Origin: Candidatus Omnitrophota bacterium
Lineage (GTDB): Bacteria; Omnitrophota; Gorgyraeia; Zapsychrales; Fredricksoniimonadaceae
Reading direction: 5' to 3'
Length of the DNA: 64,000 nt
NCBI GenBank assembly: GCA_903944345.1
Contig: CAJARJ010000015.1
Coordinates: 6,433-70,432 of the forward strand
Numbering within the stretch: position 1 is the first letter of the stretch; the number at the start of each line of letters is the position of its first letter. Shown here one piece after another: positions 1 through 9,231 of this stretch. Under the pieces are notes generated by a model. That model did no database searches. It saw only the letters and a list, made by a program, of their open reading frames with translations, and was not told where the DNA came from. The position numbers and the translations under genes are program-made.

Positions 1-3000
1 TGACTGAGGCCTCCGCCGTGCTCAATGCACAAGGCAACAGTGTCAGCGGTATCGTCCGCGAGTTTTGCTGCTCCGCTCACATAAATATACGCCCCCTGCT
101 CCAGCCAAGCGTAGATATCTTTGGCTTGCTCCTGGATCCGGTGCGTCACATAGACCTTGCGGGCCTGATCCCTGGAAAAGGCTGTGCTAAGACGAGACAA
201 TATCCCGTTCTTAAGATACGCTTCCCATTCTTCCTGGTACAGAAAATCTGTCGCCGCATAAGGATTGCCGAAGAAGAGCCAATTCCGGCCGGAATGTCCC
301 TGGGCTGCCCGCTCCTGGACAAAGGCGCGGAAGGGAGCAACACCCGTCCCGGCGCTGACCATAATGACAGGCGCACTCCTGTCCACCGGCAGCCGGAAAT
401 TCTCATTCGGCCGTATGAAGATCGGGACCTTTTCACCGGTCTGGACCCTATCCGTCAAGAACGTTGAGGCCAGTCCTTCTTTATCACGCCCCGCGGTCCG
501 GTAACGCACCGCTTTAACAAGGATCTCTAGATGATCAGGATCTGCGCTTTGCGAAGAAGCGATCGAATAAAGCCTGGGCGGAATAGGCCTCAGGACTTCC
601 CGCAGATCGTCAGCCCGGTACTGCACAGGAAAATGCATCAGAATATCAATAAAATCCCTGCCCCGCAGGAACTCTTTCAGCCGCAGAGAGTCGGCGAGAA
701 TCTCGCTCAGCATCCGGCTTTGGGCAAACCTGTTGTGACTCTCCAGAACCGGGGGGATCAATACGGTTAATTCCATGCCCTTAAGGAACTCAGCCAGGCT
801 TCCTCCGTCGGACATTGTGGTCAGCGCGGATAATTGCAATTGCGAAAGCAATTCATCGACCAGTTGCGGCGAATTCTGTGACACCACCCCGCAGGAATCT
901 CCGGGCAGATAAGTGATTCCCGAGCCCTTGATCTCAAACTGAATATGATAAGTCTCTTTCAGGGAATGGCCCTTATGCAGGTCCTGCTTCGACAGGATTA
1001 CCGCAGGAAACGGATTCTTCGCGGAGTATCCGGAACTTCCGACGCCATCCGCAGCAGGTAAAACAGCGAAAAAATCCTCTTTGAGCCCGGCAGCATTAGC
1101 CGGCAACAAAGTCCCAAGCGCGCCCTTCAGCCAAAGCCCAGCGCTTTCCGAGAGATCAACGTCACAATCGACGCGTTTGAAAATGCGGTGTCCGCCAAGT
1201 TTCTCCAACTGGACATCCAGATCCCTGCCCGCCGAGCAGAAATGGACATAACTCCTGTCCCCCAAAGCCAGGACCGAAAAAGAGACTCCGGATAGATCAG
1301 GGGGCTGGCGGCTGTACAGGTACTCAAAAAGATCTTCCGCGGCCGCCGGCGCCTCCCCTTCTCCATAAGTGCTGATGATGGCCAGGATCACCTTCTCCTC
1401 TGGCAGATCATGCAAATCATAGGCCGCCATATCACAGCGCTTGACCTTAAAGCCTAGCCTCTGGGCATAAACCTCGGCTTTCCTGGCAAAACTTTTACCG
1501 TTCCCGGAATGCGATGCCACCAAGAGTGTCAACTCAACACCGTTCGGCACAACATCGCCGACAGCAACCGCAGTCGGCATGTCGATGTCCTTTTTCCGGG
1601 GCAGTGCTTTAGCCTCGCGCACCAGAGCCGGCATGGAGTGCGTGTTGGCCTCCACTCCAGCGAGACGTTGGCGGCATTGGTCAAGCTGATCAAGCATACG
1701 CGCTTTGGCCGCGGCTGTCTCCTCTTGGATCAAGGGGATGAGCGCCTGATAATAGTCAATGCCCAGCGATAAATTCGTATGGAATTCTTCGAAGTCGCTG
1801 TCTTTCTTATCGCCTGTCCCTGTGCGTCGGTCCTGGACCATCTGGTCAAGAAAATCGATATTCAACATTAGCTCTTTGATGAACATATGGGGACGGTCGG
1901 GATGATTCATTAAGCTCATCCGCCCGTAGATATGGTCGACCATTTCTCGTAAAGATGCCACACGGTCAAAATAGGCGATGTTGGGACCCGGACATACCGC
2001 CGGAAAAACCCCCGCATCCTTCTTGGGGATGCCGCGCAGCGCATACACCGTGTCGCCCAGTTCATTGCAGATGCAGGCCTTGGCCGTGATCCGCTTGAAA
2101 CGCAGTTGATATTCGGATTCGGACAGATCCAGCCGTTTCAATTCAGCGATCTTGAGGGTCTGATACTGGCGCGAGGCCGTACACAGCGGTTGCTCGGTGA
2201 ATTCCGTGTTGCTGACGAGATGGCCCAAAGGGCACGGACTTCCCGGCTTTCCATCGTCGATAAGCTGGCGTTTGTGCTCTTCGCTAGGGGAATCCTTCAG
2301 GGTATAGAACGGTACGCCTACCGGCGAGACATCGCTCAAATACAGGTCATCTTCCCGGGCCCGCGCCAGCTTGTCCAGAAGATGCGGCTCAACCGGCGTG
2401 ACTTCCGGGACCAGCAAGAACGGACTGCCCCATCCCGTGGAGTCCAGTCCATAATTTCGTCGAATAAAAACATCTTCCTGCGAGGTCCCGATGCCTCCCT
2501 GGGCCGTCACCCGAAAGGCCGGCCACGCATCAGGTACGGGCCTGTTCTGCTGCTTGAGGGCTTCACTGCAGATCTGCGTCAATTCGGCGGTCAGATGCTC
2601 CCGCCGGGCCTTGAGCTCAGCCAGGACCGGCCCTATCAGAAACCCGTTGCCCGCAAACGCGTGTCCCCCGCAATTCAACCCCGATTCGATGCGGTACTCC
2701 GAGACCCAAAGCCCCTTTTTGGCAAAGAACTTGCCCTGGACCACAGCTGAACGGTAATCGCTGACCTTAAGGATGATCTCTTTCTTAACCCGTCCGGTCC
2801 GATCCATAAAGAAATCATCAAACTCCGTTGAATACGAATACAGCCGGCGGTTGAGACCGGCAGAAAAAACAATACTCGATTGCGTTGTGCTTCCCAACCG
2901 GCTTTGGGCATATCCGCGCAGAGCCGCCAACGCATCCGAATAGATCTCGGCCATAGGCTCTCCGGACTTATCAAAATTGGTGCGGTCAAGCTTGGTCATG

Positions 3001-3440
3001 ATGTTGACATTGATCGACCCGGGCAGGATGCTCTCGCGCAGTTCATCCTCAAAGCGCTGCCTTACCTCTCCCCCTGACGTCAGCATCCGGTCATAGATAA
3101 CCCTGAGGGGCGAACGATCAGAAAGTAGCTCGAAATATCGAGTGATCTCAGTACCCGGCGAAAAAGAAGACCCCTTGAGATCATCAAACTGCTGTCTGAC
3201 GATCTCATCAATCAAGTCGAGATATGCCGTTATCCGGCAGGCGCGCCAATCGTCATCATATTTACGGATCGGGCGATATTCTTTATTGTATTGCGCGCTA
3301 TAAACCCGGCGCAGTTCCTCCAGCAACTGATCGTCAACCAGGGAAATGACAGATGAAATACCGTAACGGGCCACGCGCAGCGGCGTGTCCGAGGTAAATC
3401 CGGTACCCATGACCGGAACATGGAATGTATGTATGCCCAT
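1..3440 (-). CDS. Fusion protein, partial at 3' end: FMN TIM-barrel oxidoreductase-like domain (nitronate monooxygenase/FabK-like) + flavodoxin + FAD/NADPH (CysJ-like) reductase
   Basis: Manual translation from ATG 3440: MGIHTFHVPVMGTGFTSDTPLRVARYG..ESGLNCGGHAF..AQGGIGT..GWGSPFL..CPGPNIAY; then flavodoxin (ASHSGNGK, STYGEGE, VLALGDRSY); then RLYSIASS, SAGTGVAPFRAF, AFSRDQ. All segments checked are in one frame. It is absent from the ORF track, consistent with no stop before the window edge. Confidence 0.85.
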   Translation of the reverse strand, partial: MGIHTFHVPVMGTGFTSDTPLRVARYGISSVISLVDDQLLEELRRVYSAQYNKEYRPIRKYDDDWRACRITAYLDLIDEIVRQQFDDLKGSSFSPGTEITRYFELLSDRSPLRVIYDRMLTSGGEVRQRFEDELRESILPGSINVNIMTKLDRTNFDKSGEPMAEIYSDALAALRGYAQSRLGSTTQSSIVFSAGLNRRLYSYSTEFDDFFMDRTGRVKKEIILKVSDYRSAVVQGKFFAKKGLWVSEYRIESGLNCGGHAFAGNGFLIGPVLAELKARREHLTAELTQICSEALKQQNRPVPDAWPAFRVTAQGGIGTSQEDVFIRRNYGLDSTGWGSPFLLVPEVTPVEPHLLDKLARAREDDLYLSDVSPVGVPFYTLKDSPSEEHKRQLIDDGKPGSPCPLGHLVSNTEFTEQPLCTASRQYQTLKIAELKRLDLSESEYQLRFKRITAKACICNELGDTVYALRGIPKKDAGVFPAVCPGPNIAYFDRVASLREMVDHIYGRMSLMNHPDRPHMFIKELMLNIDFLDQMVQDRRTGTGDKKDSDFEEFHTNLSLGIDYYQALIPLIQEETAAAKARMLDQLDQCRQRLAGVEANTHSMPALVREAKALPRKKDIDMPTAVAVGDVVPNGVELTLLVASHSGNGKSFARKAEVYAQRLGFKVKRCDMAAYDLHDLPEEKVILAIISTYGEGEAPAAAEDLFEYLYSRQPPDLSGVSFSVLALGDRSYVHFCSAGRDLDVQLEKLGGHRIFKRVDCDVDLSESAGLWLKGALGTLLPANAAGLKEDFFAVLPAADGVGSSGYSAKNPFPAVILSKQDLHKGHSLKETYHIQFEIKGSGITYLPGDSCGVVSQNSPQLVDELLSQLQLSALTTMSDGGSLAEFLKGMELTVLIPPVLESHNRFAQSRMLSEILADSLRLKEFLRGRDFIDILMHFPVQYRADDLREVLRPIPPRLYSIASSQSADPDHLEILVKAVRYRTAGRDKEGLASTFLTDRVQTGEKVPIFIRPNENFRLPVDRSAPVIMVSAGTGVAPFRAFVQERAAQGHSGRNWLFFGNPYAATDFLYQEEWEAYLKNGILSRLSTAFSRDQARKVYVTHRIQEQAKDIYAWLEQGAYIYVSGAAKLADDTADTVALCIEHGGGLS

Positions 3441-3672
3441 ATACCTGATACCATAATTTATTTTCGTGGACTATTGACCACGGTAACTATGCTGAAAGTA
3501 ACTGAGCAGAAACTGATTTATTGGTCGGGAACACCCCTACGAACTTACCTTTTATTTTGTCCCGAGATTTATCAACAGTTTACAAAAGGCGGAGTTTCGC
3601 TTGTTTGCCATTCTTTGCTAGTCATTAGGGGTGTTAGCACGGGATGCCGAGGGTTCTCATTGAGAACGCCAA

Positions 3673-5004
3673 TCAGGCAAGTTTCTTATCCAATGCAAGA
3701 TCAATAAACTTGTCGAGATGGTCCGCCAAAAACAACGGAACATTGAGAAGGTTGCCGTCCTTTTTAAGATTCTTTAGTGAAAATCTCACCCTTAAGGACG
3801 GCGCATATTTCTGATCATACAGGGTCAAACTCTTCCCGTGCACAGACTCATCCGATTTAACTTCTATGGGAATGATCTCATTGCCACGCTGAAGGGTAAA
3901 ATCAACTTCAGCGGTTGCTCCGGAAGACCAGTATCTTGGCAAACCTTCATACTGCACCACCAGACTTTGCAGCACGTAATTCTCGGAAAGAGCGCCTTTA
4001 AACTCTGCAAACAGGCGGTTTCCCTCATGGAACGACACCGGATCAAGGAGCGCAAGCCGTCGCAAAAGTCCGACATCAACCAGATACAGTTTAAATGCAC
4101 TCGGATCATCATAAGCGGACACCGGAAGCGCGGGTTTTGTATTCCGGTAGATCTTATATCCAAGCCCCGCATGACAAAGCCAGGTCATCGCATCTTCATA
4201 TTCCCTGGCCCTCGCCCCTTCCTTAACTGCCTTATAGACAAATTTCTTGTTCTCTTTTGAAAGCTGTGACGGAACAGAAGACCAGATCAGGCCCAGTTTG
4301 GCGATATCTTTTATTTCCGCGTGTTTTGAGAAATCAAGCTCATAAGCTTCCAATATATCCCGCAACACCTTTTGAACGCGGGCGGCATCCTTGTCTTGTG
4401 CCCAAGCCAGCACCGACTCCGGCATACCACCGGTAATAAAATACATCTTCAATCTTTCCTGCAACTGATTGTAAAAAAGATCCGAAATGGGATCCAGCGT
4501 GCCGATTTGATCAATAAACTGAACAAGTTTTTCTTCTCCCAACGACCACAAGAATTCCGTGAATGTCATGGGATACACCGTCAAAAATTCCACTTTCCCA
4601 ACGGGAAAAGAAGATGGTTTTGAAACCTTGATCCCCAACAGAGATCCCGCACAGGCAACATGATATTCCGGCGCATTCTCATAAAAATATTTGAGCGCAT
4701 TCAAAGCCGCGTTACATTCCTGAATCTCGTCAAAGATAATGAGCGTTTTCCCCGGGAGAATCGGAGCGCCATTAATCATGGCAAGACTCTCCAGAAGCCT
4801 TTTTATGTCCTTGGTCGTTTCAAAATATTGCTTTAACTCACCCTGTTCATCAAAATTAAAATACGCCGTATTTTCATAACATTGCCTGCCCAATTCCTTG
4901 AGCAACCATGTTTTTCCAACCTGCCGGGCTCCTTTCAATACAAGAGGCTTCCGCTGTTGGGAATTCTTCCATAAAATCAACTTATCAATAGCTAATCGCC
5001 GCAT
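3673..5004 (-). CDS. AAA_14-family ATPase with DUF4143 (PD-(D/E)XK-like) C-terminus
   Basis: GARQVGKT Walker A, IIFDEIQ Walker B, GGMPE, KLYLVDVGL, EVDF..PIEVKS. Confidence 0.9.
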   Translation of the reverse strand: MRRLAIDKLILWKNSQQRKPLVLKGARQVGKTWLLKELGRQCYENTAYFNFDEQGELKQYFETTKDIKRLLESLAMINGAPILPGKTLIIFDEIQECNAALNALKYFYENAPEYHVACAGSLLGIKVSKPSSFPVGKVEFLTVYPMTFTEFLWSLGEEKLVQFIDQIGTLDPISDLFYNQLQERLKMYFITGGMPESVLAWAQDKDAARVQKVLRDILEAYELDFSKHAEIKDIAKLGLIWSSVPSQLSKENKKFVYKAVKEGARAREYEDAMTWLCHAGLGYKIYRNTKPALPVSAYDDPSAFKLYLVDVGLLRRLALLDPVSFHEGNRLFAEFKGALSENYVLQSLVVQYEGLPRYWSSGATAEVDFTLQRGNEIIPIEVKSDESVHGKSLTLYDQKYAPSLRVRFSLKNLKKDGNLLNVPLFLADHLDKFIDLALDKKLA

Positions 5005-5028
5005 AAATCACCTTATTCCTTAGAATTG

Positions 5029-5044
5029 TGTGATACAAATCACA
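5029..5044. promoter_or_regulatory. Palindromic operator TGTGA-N6-TCACA (CRP/FNR-type core)
   Basis: tgtga-tacaaa-tcaca lies between a minus-strand TATACT (5058-5063) and the ATPase start codon. Confidence 0.45.
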
Positions 5045-5094
5045 TTAATCTAACGAAAGTATACACTGACGGTTTGTAAAAACAAGGATAATTC

Positions 5095-5862
5095 TTAAAC
5101 CGGCGGGTACTGTTTCGGAGCCTTGCCTTTACTCTGCAAAACAACCGGCAGTTTCTGTCCCGGCAAGATCGCCCGGACTTCTTTCAACTCAACGGAAAAC
5201 CGCCAGTCATCCCCATAGTCGAACATAAAGAACATCTTCTTACCCACAACCGGGAAAGCCGCAGAAATCAGCACATTCTTAACGCCCTTGGCATGCGGAG
5301 CGCTCGGGGCCTCGCCAATATCCACGAATAGCTCATAGATCTCGGCCTGCTTGGAAGTCGGGTGCGCGGCCGGATCCCCATAGAAAGCAAAACAATGGTC
5401 CAGCTTAAACCCGACCGACTTAATGATCGCCTCGGCCAAATGATAAAGACTCCGGAAACTCGATACCGCAACAGTCCGCACCACATCCACACCTTCGGGA
5501 GGATACTGAAGCATCCTGACCTCAAAAACAGACACCGCAAATTTTGGGGCATCCTTCTTGTCCATCACCGGCCGACCATGCTGGCGCACATGATCCCTTA
5601 ACCGGGAATACCGCTCCAGTCTCTCGCACAAGGCATGAAGCCGGGCTTCTTTCTTAGCGGACTTGGTGTGATTGGCTTCAAACGCTAAGGCACCCAGACA
5701 TTCTTCAAGATCCTCATAATCAAACCGGAGAAGCAAACCACCCTCCTCAGCCTTGGCCCTGTCGATCACCTCACAAAGCCCGGGCTCCAGATGCTGAACA
5801 CCCGCGATCAGTTTAAACTCATCAGGAGTAACCAAAAAGGAAATCGCGCTCCGTTTCATCAT
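5095..5862 (-). CDS. Plasmid pRiA4b ORF-3-like (IS1096 passenger TnpR-like) domain protein
   Basis: SLYHLAEAI..F..DHCFAF and FMFDYGDDWRF..GKAPKQYP motifs. Confidence 0.75.
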   Translation of the reverse strand: MMKRSAISFLVTPDEFKLIAGVQHLEPGLCEVIDRAKAEEGGLLLRFDYEDLEECLGALAFEANHTKSAKKEARLHALCERLERYSRLRDHVRQHGRPVMDKKDAPKFAVSVFEVRMLQYPPEGVDVVRTVAVSSFRSLYHLAEAIIKSVGFKLDHCFAFYGDPAAHPTSKQAEIYELFVDIGEAPSAPHAKGVKNVLISAAFPVVGKKMFFMFDYGDDWRFSVELKEVRAILPGQKLPVVLQSKGKAPKQYPPV

Positions 5863-5978
5863 TGCTCCGCCGTCTTAAACCAAAAGATATGCACAATCCT
5901 TACATTTTATGTAACATTCGTGCGCATTCACGCATGAAGACTAATGCATAATTATTACATAAATTTCTTTAATTCATG

Positions 5979-6458
5979 TCACAACTGAAAAATATGCCCA
6001 CACCGACCGCAGATCCAGCTTGATTTCCACTCATCAAAATCGCGCTGAAAAATTACGTCCGTCCTTGCCTTCCTGACTTTAGCCTCTTGCATATCTTTTA
6101 CCATTAACAAAACTAAAATTATCCCCAACAGTATTGCAACAGGAATATCTTTCATAAAGGAAACTATGACAAACGGAGAAATAGCACAAACCCATCGAAT
6201 CCATAAGGAATTATAGCGATACTTCTCATCCGTTATTTTTGGTGGTGCTATCCGCTGTGCCAAGACACTTTGGGCCACTCCTGAAGTCACAGCTGTTGAC
6301 CCATTAAGACCGGCCACCCCCTGCCGATCCACAGTGACCCCAGCGCCAATAGTCGTAAAATTAATCTGCCTTGTGTCTGCCTCATAATACAGGCTAAGCG
6401 CCTGAATATTCTCATTCTGGCATTGAGGGCATATATATTTTATTGATTCTGACTTCAC
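5979..6458 (-). CDS. Hypothetical membrane protein with split Zn-ribbon (CPQC...CGRC) flanking a TM hairpin
   Basis: 159-aa ORF, terminal CxxC pairs, two hydrophobic helices. Confidence 0.65.
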   Translation of the reverse strand: MKSESIKYICPQCQNENIQALSLYYEADTRQINFTTIGAGVTVDRQGVAGLNGSTAVTSGVAQSVLAQRIAPPKITDEKYRYNSLWIRWVCAISPFVIVSFMKDIPVAILLGIILVLLMVKDMQEAKVRKARTDVIFQRDFDEWKSSWICGRCGHIFQL

Positions 6459-6502
6459 AAATTCCCAGCTCTGTTATTTCTGCGAACCTCTACCGCAATC
6501 TC

Positions 6503-6814
6503 TCACAATATTCTTTTAGCGCGTTCTTCACGAATAAAATTAGACGACCGAGCTTCACTATTGGTTAAACAGCAAAAATCTGTCTGTAAATCATACCGAT
6601 TCTGCACAAGCGTACAAATCGCCGATCTCAGAGCCTTCAAATCTTCTAAAACAATTCTACTTGGATCATAAACAATCAACACATCTAGATCTCCGATGAA
6701 AGAGTTTTTTCTAGTGACCGAACCAAAAAGATACAATTGGTATCCTTCTTTCCAAGAAATAACCGTTTTAGCGATCTTCTGGAAGTCTATAATCGAGAAA
6801 CTTCTTCCCATCAT
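6503..6814 (-). CDS. Minimal nucleotidyltransferase (Pol-beta superfamily)
   Basis: YLFGSV-x8-DLDVLIVY motif plus a downstream Asp in QTDFCC. Confidence 0.75.
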   Translation of the reverse strand: MMGRSFSIIDFQKIAKTVISWKEGYQLYLFGSVTRKNSFIGDLDVLIVYDPSRIVLEDLKALRSAICTLVQNRYDLQTDFCCLTNSEARSSNFIREERAKRIL

Positions 6815-7151
6815 AATTTACTGCTCCTAAAAATTCTCTAAATGAAAATATTCCCACACCATTTTCTTTACCATGCACCTTAACTTCTGGAGTGTACGAA
6901 TTCCACGCACTCATTGAGATGATAGCTCTAATATCAGGAGCATCTGCAACAGCCTCTTCATAATCTGAGACCGAGAATATATAAATATTAGTCGTGTGCG
7001 CTACTAAATCAGACAATGAACCTCTTTTAATAAGAAGATTTTGCGAACCATTTCTTATAATAGTTAATGATCGCGACTCCAAAGATCTAATAAGCTGCGA
7101 AACGCTCTCGGGCCTTGGAATCTTCTTGTACCTTGGGCTAGCATCAGGCAT
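6768..7151 (-). CDS. Hypothetical protein (possible degenerate restriction-endonuclease-like alpha/beta fold)
   Basis: 127-aa ORF tightly packed between the HNH and NTase genes; fold is a guess. Confidence 0.6.
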   Translation of the reverse strand: MPDASPRYKKIPRPESVSQLIRSLESRSLTIIRNGSQNLLIKRGSLSDLVAHTTNIYIFSVSDYEEAVADAPDIRAIISMSAWNSYTPEVKVHGKENGVGIFSFREFLGAVNYDGKKFLDYRLPEDR

Positions 7152-7162
7152 GCCAGATTTTC

Positions 7163-7870
7163 CTATCGTAGAAATACCTTGTTAATTTGGGATGGAAACA
7201 AAGGAGCAGAAGAATCTTTATCTCCTGAAATATGGTTAAATTCAAAAGCAAAAACATGAAGCCTCAATTGCTCGATAATTAATACATGTCTCTTAACCAA
7301 GTGTCTATTGCCATCGAGAAGGGCCAGCAACCTCCTATTGTTAGGAATAATCTCACTAAGGACCATACGCCGCCAAGTTCTTGCCGCATCAGAAAGTAAC
7401 TTAGTTGCGCTATTTGAACATGGGCCATACTCATCATAAATTGCTTTATTACGATGCAAAAGCAGGGATACCTCATTCTTAAGCAAATTAAAACCCTTAA
7501 AGCGTGGCACATGAAACATGCCTTGAATCTTTTCCAAATGCGTTCGTTTCCATTCCGAAAGAAGTTTCTTCGTGTAAACCTCTTCTTGAGCGTCAACAAT
7601 TTTATGGCAAACCGGACACAGCATCACAATGTTATTAGGAGAATGAACGGCCGCACCATCATTGCCTCGACGCCCTTTACATCTAGGTCCACCCTTTGAT
7701 TGTGGAAGTATATGAGCAAATTCTTCAATAAATACGCGCTTCCCATTTAAAGCAACCTTCATCAGCGACTGGTTGCATGCAGGATTCTGGCAAAAACCTC
7801 CTGTAGACATCCAAAGCTCTCGCTTGACATCCATGCTTATGGAATATTTCTTATTCTTACATGACCTCAT
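7163..7870 (-). CDS. HNH endonuclease domain protein
   Basis: CQNPAC..EFAHILPQSKGGPR..NNIVMLCPVCHKIVD; RBS GAGGT upstream. Confidence 0.85.
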   Translation of the reverse strand: MRSCKNKKYSISMDVKRELWMSTGGFCQNPACNQSLMKVALNGKRVFIEEFAHILPQSKGGPRCKGRRGNDGAAVHSPNNIVMLCPVCHKIVDAQEEVYTKKLLSEWKRTHLEKIQGMFHVPRFKGFNLLKNEVSLLLHRNKAIYDEYGPCSNSATKLLSDAARTWRRMVLSEIIPNNRRLLALLDGNRHLVKRHVLIIEQLRLHVFAFEFNHISGDKDSSAPLFPSQINKVFLR

Positions 7871-7885
7871 GCTTTATACCTCACG

Positions 7886-8107
7886 TCACGACAAGGCAAA
7901 GATCGACTCGGCGCCGAACCAATTTGACAATGTATTTAACGCCCGAACGGAAAGCTTCTGAGTAAAAAGCAATGCTAAACGCTTCTTAGGGCGTGAACAA
8001 GTAACATAGAATAAGTTCCGATTACGCTCAAACATCTCTTGTTTATTAGCCGGAATTCGTCGATCATCCGCCGCTAACTCAAGGTACTCATTAAAATTAT
8101 AGTTACC
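7886..8107 (-). pseudogene. 3' remnant of UvrD/SF1 helicase (Gabija GajB-like), truncated by IS3
   Basis: Manual translation GNYNFNEYLELAADDRRIPANKQEMFERNRNLFYVTCSRPKKRLALLFTQKLSVRALNTLSNWFGAESIFALS*; RNLFYVTCSR is SF1 motif VI; no start codon, abuts the IS end. Confidence 0.8.
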
Positions 8108-8113
8108 CGGACC

Positions 8114-8941
8114 TTACCCCGTTGACTGTACCAACTCAAGTTGGAGTTTTTCCTGTTCCTTTTCAAAGAATTCACTAGGCGTAAGATCATCCAGTGAGCT
8201 GTGAGGACGCTCAGTATTATAGCCTACTCGCCAGCCCTCTATGATGTTCCGGGCTTCCTGAAGGCTCATAAACCAGTTATCATTTAGGCATTCGTCCCGA
8301 AGCCGTCCGTTAAAACTTTCAATGAATCGGTTATCTACCGGCTTGCCTGGCCTCGAGAAGCGAAGTTGAACGCCTCGTTCATACGCCCAGGCATCCAATG
8401 CCTTGCCGATAAACTCAGGGCCATTATCGACTTTGATAATATTCGGCAATCCTCGCACCATAGCGATCCGGCTTAGGACATTCGTTACGCGAACACCATT
8501 GATCGACGTATCAACTTCTATGGCCAGACATTCCCTCGTGTATTCATCGATCAACGTCAATAACCTAATCTTGCGGCCATTAGACAGAGCATCTGATACA
8601 AAGTCCATGGCCCAGCGTTCGTTCTGCTTGGTTGCAGGCGGCAATGGATTGCGCACAACAGCCGCAAACTTCCTGCGACGACGAATCCTTAAAGACAACC
8701 CTTCCGCCCGATAAAGACGCTCAGTCCGTTTATGGTTCACAATGCACCCTTCACGCCTGATCAGAACATGTAAACGAATATGCCCATAGCGCCGATGCTT
8801 CTCAGCCAGTTCTTTTAATCGCTTGCGCAGACGCTCATTAAGTTCACTGAGCTTTGGCTGATAATGCATAACCGTCCGCGACACATCGACCAGATCGCAG
8901 GCCCGCCGCTGGGACAAGCCGTGTTCGCTGATCATGTGCAA
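8114..8941 (-). CDS. IS3 transposase OrfB (DDE integrase core)
   Basis: WAMDF, DNGPEF, IESFNGRLRDECLN, YNTERPHSSL. Confidence 0.95.
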   Translation of the reverse strand: MHMISEHGLSQRRACDLVDVSRTVMHYQPKLSELNERLRKRLKELAEKHRRYGHIRLHVLIRREGCIVNHKRTERLYRAEGLSLRIRRRRKFAAVVRNPLPPATKQNERWAMDFVSDALSNGRKIRLLTLIDEYTRECLAIEVDTSINGVRVTNVLSRIAMVRGLPNIIKVDNGPEFIGKALDAWAYERGVQLRFSRPGKPVDNRFIESFNGRLRDECLNDNWFMSLQEARNIIEGWRVGYNTERPHSSLDDLTPSEFFEKEQEKLQLELVQSTG

Positions 8942-8967
8942 CGCGGCTTGCTTCTTTACTTTGGGCC

Positions 8968-9231
8968 TTAGAATTTTTTTGAGAGAACATCCTTTAGGGC
9001 CCGATTGTCCAGCGATAGATCGGCCACCATCTGCTTCAATCTTGTGTTCTCTGCCTCAAGAGCCTTCAGCTTTCGCAGATCTGAGACCTCCATCCCGGAA
9101 TACTTGGCCTTCCACTTGTAAAACGTGGCATCCGAGATCCCATGTTGCCGGCAAAGTTCTCCTGTCTTGGCTCCTGCTTCGGACTCCTTGAGCACTGCGA
9201 TGATCTGTTCTTCGGTGTATCTTTTTGCCAT
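8968..9231 (-). CDS. IS3 transposase OrfA (HTH)
   Basis: RYTEEQII..LCRQHGISDATFYKWKAKY..LEAENTRLK. Confidence 0.95.
   Translation of the reverse strand: MAKRYTEEQIIAVLKESEAGAKTGELCRQHGISDATFYKWKAKYSGMEVSDLRKLKALEAENTRLKQMVADLSLDNRALKDVLSKKF

Noticed and set aside
18-3454. Many short ORFs listed in 1-3.4 kb (e.g. 2106..2750 +, 18..467 +)
   Set aside because: Shadow frames of the long minus-strand fusion gene.
3470-3535. Rrf2/IscR-like half sites upstream of the fusion gene
   Set aside because: The halves (TTGACCA / TGGTCGG) are ~40 bp apart, not a canonical site.
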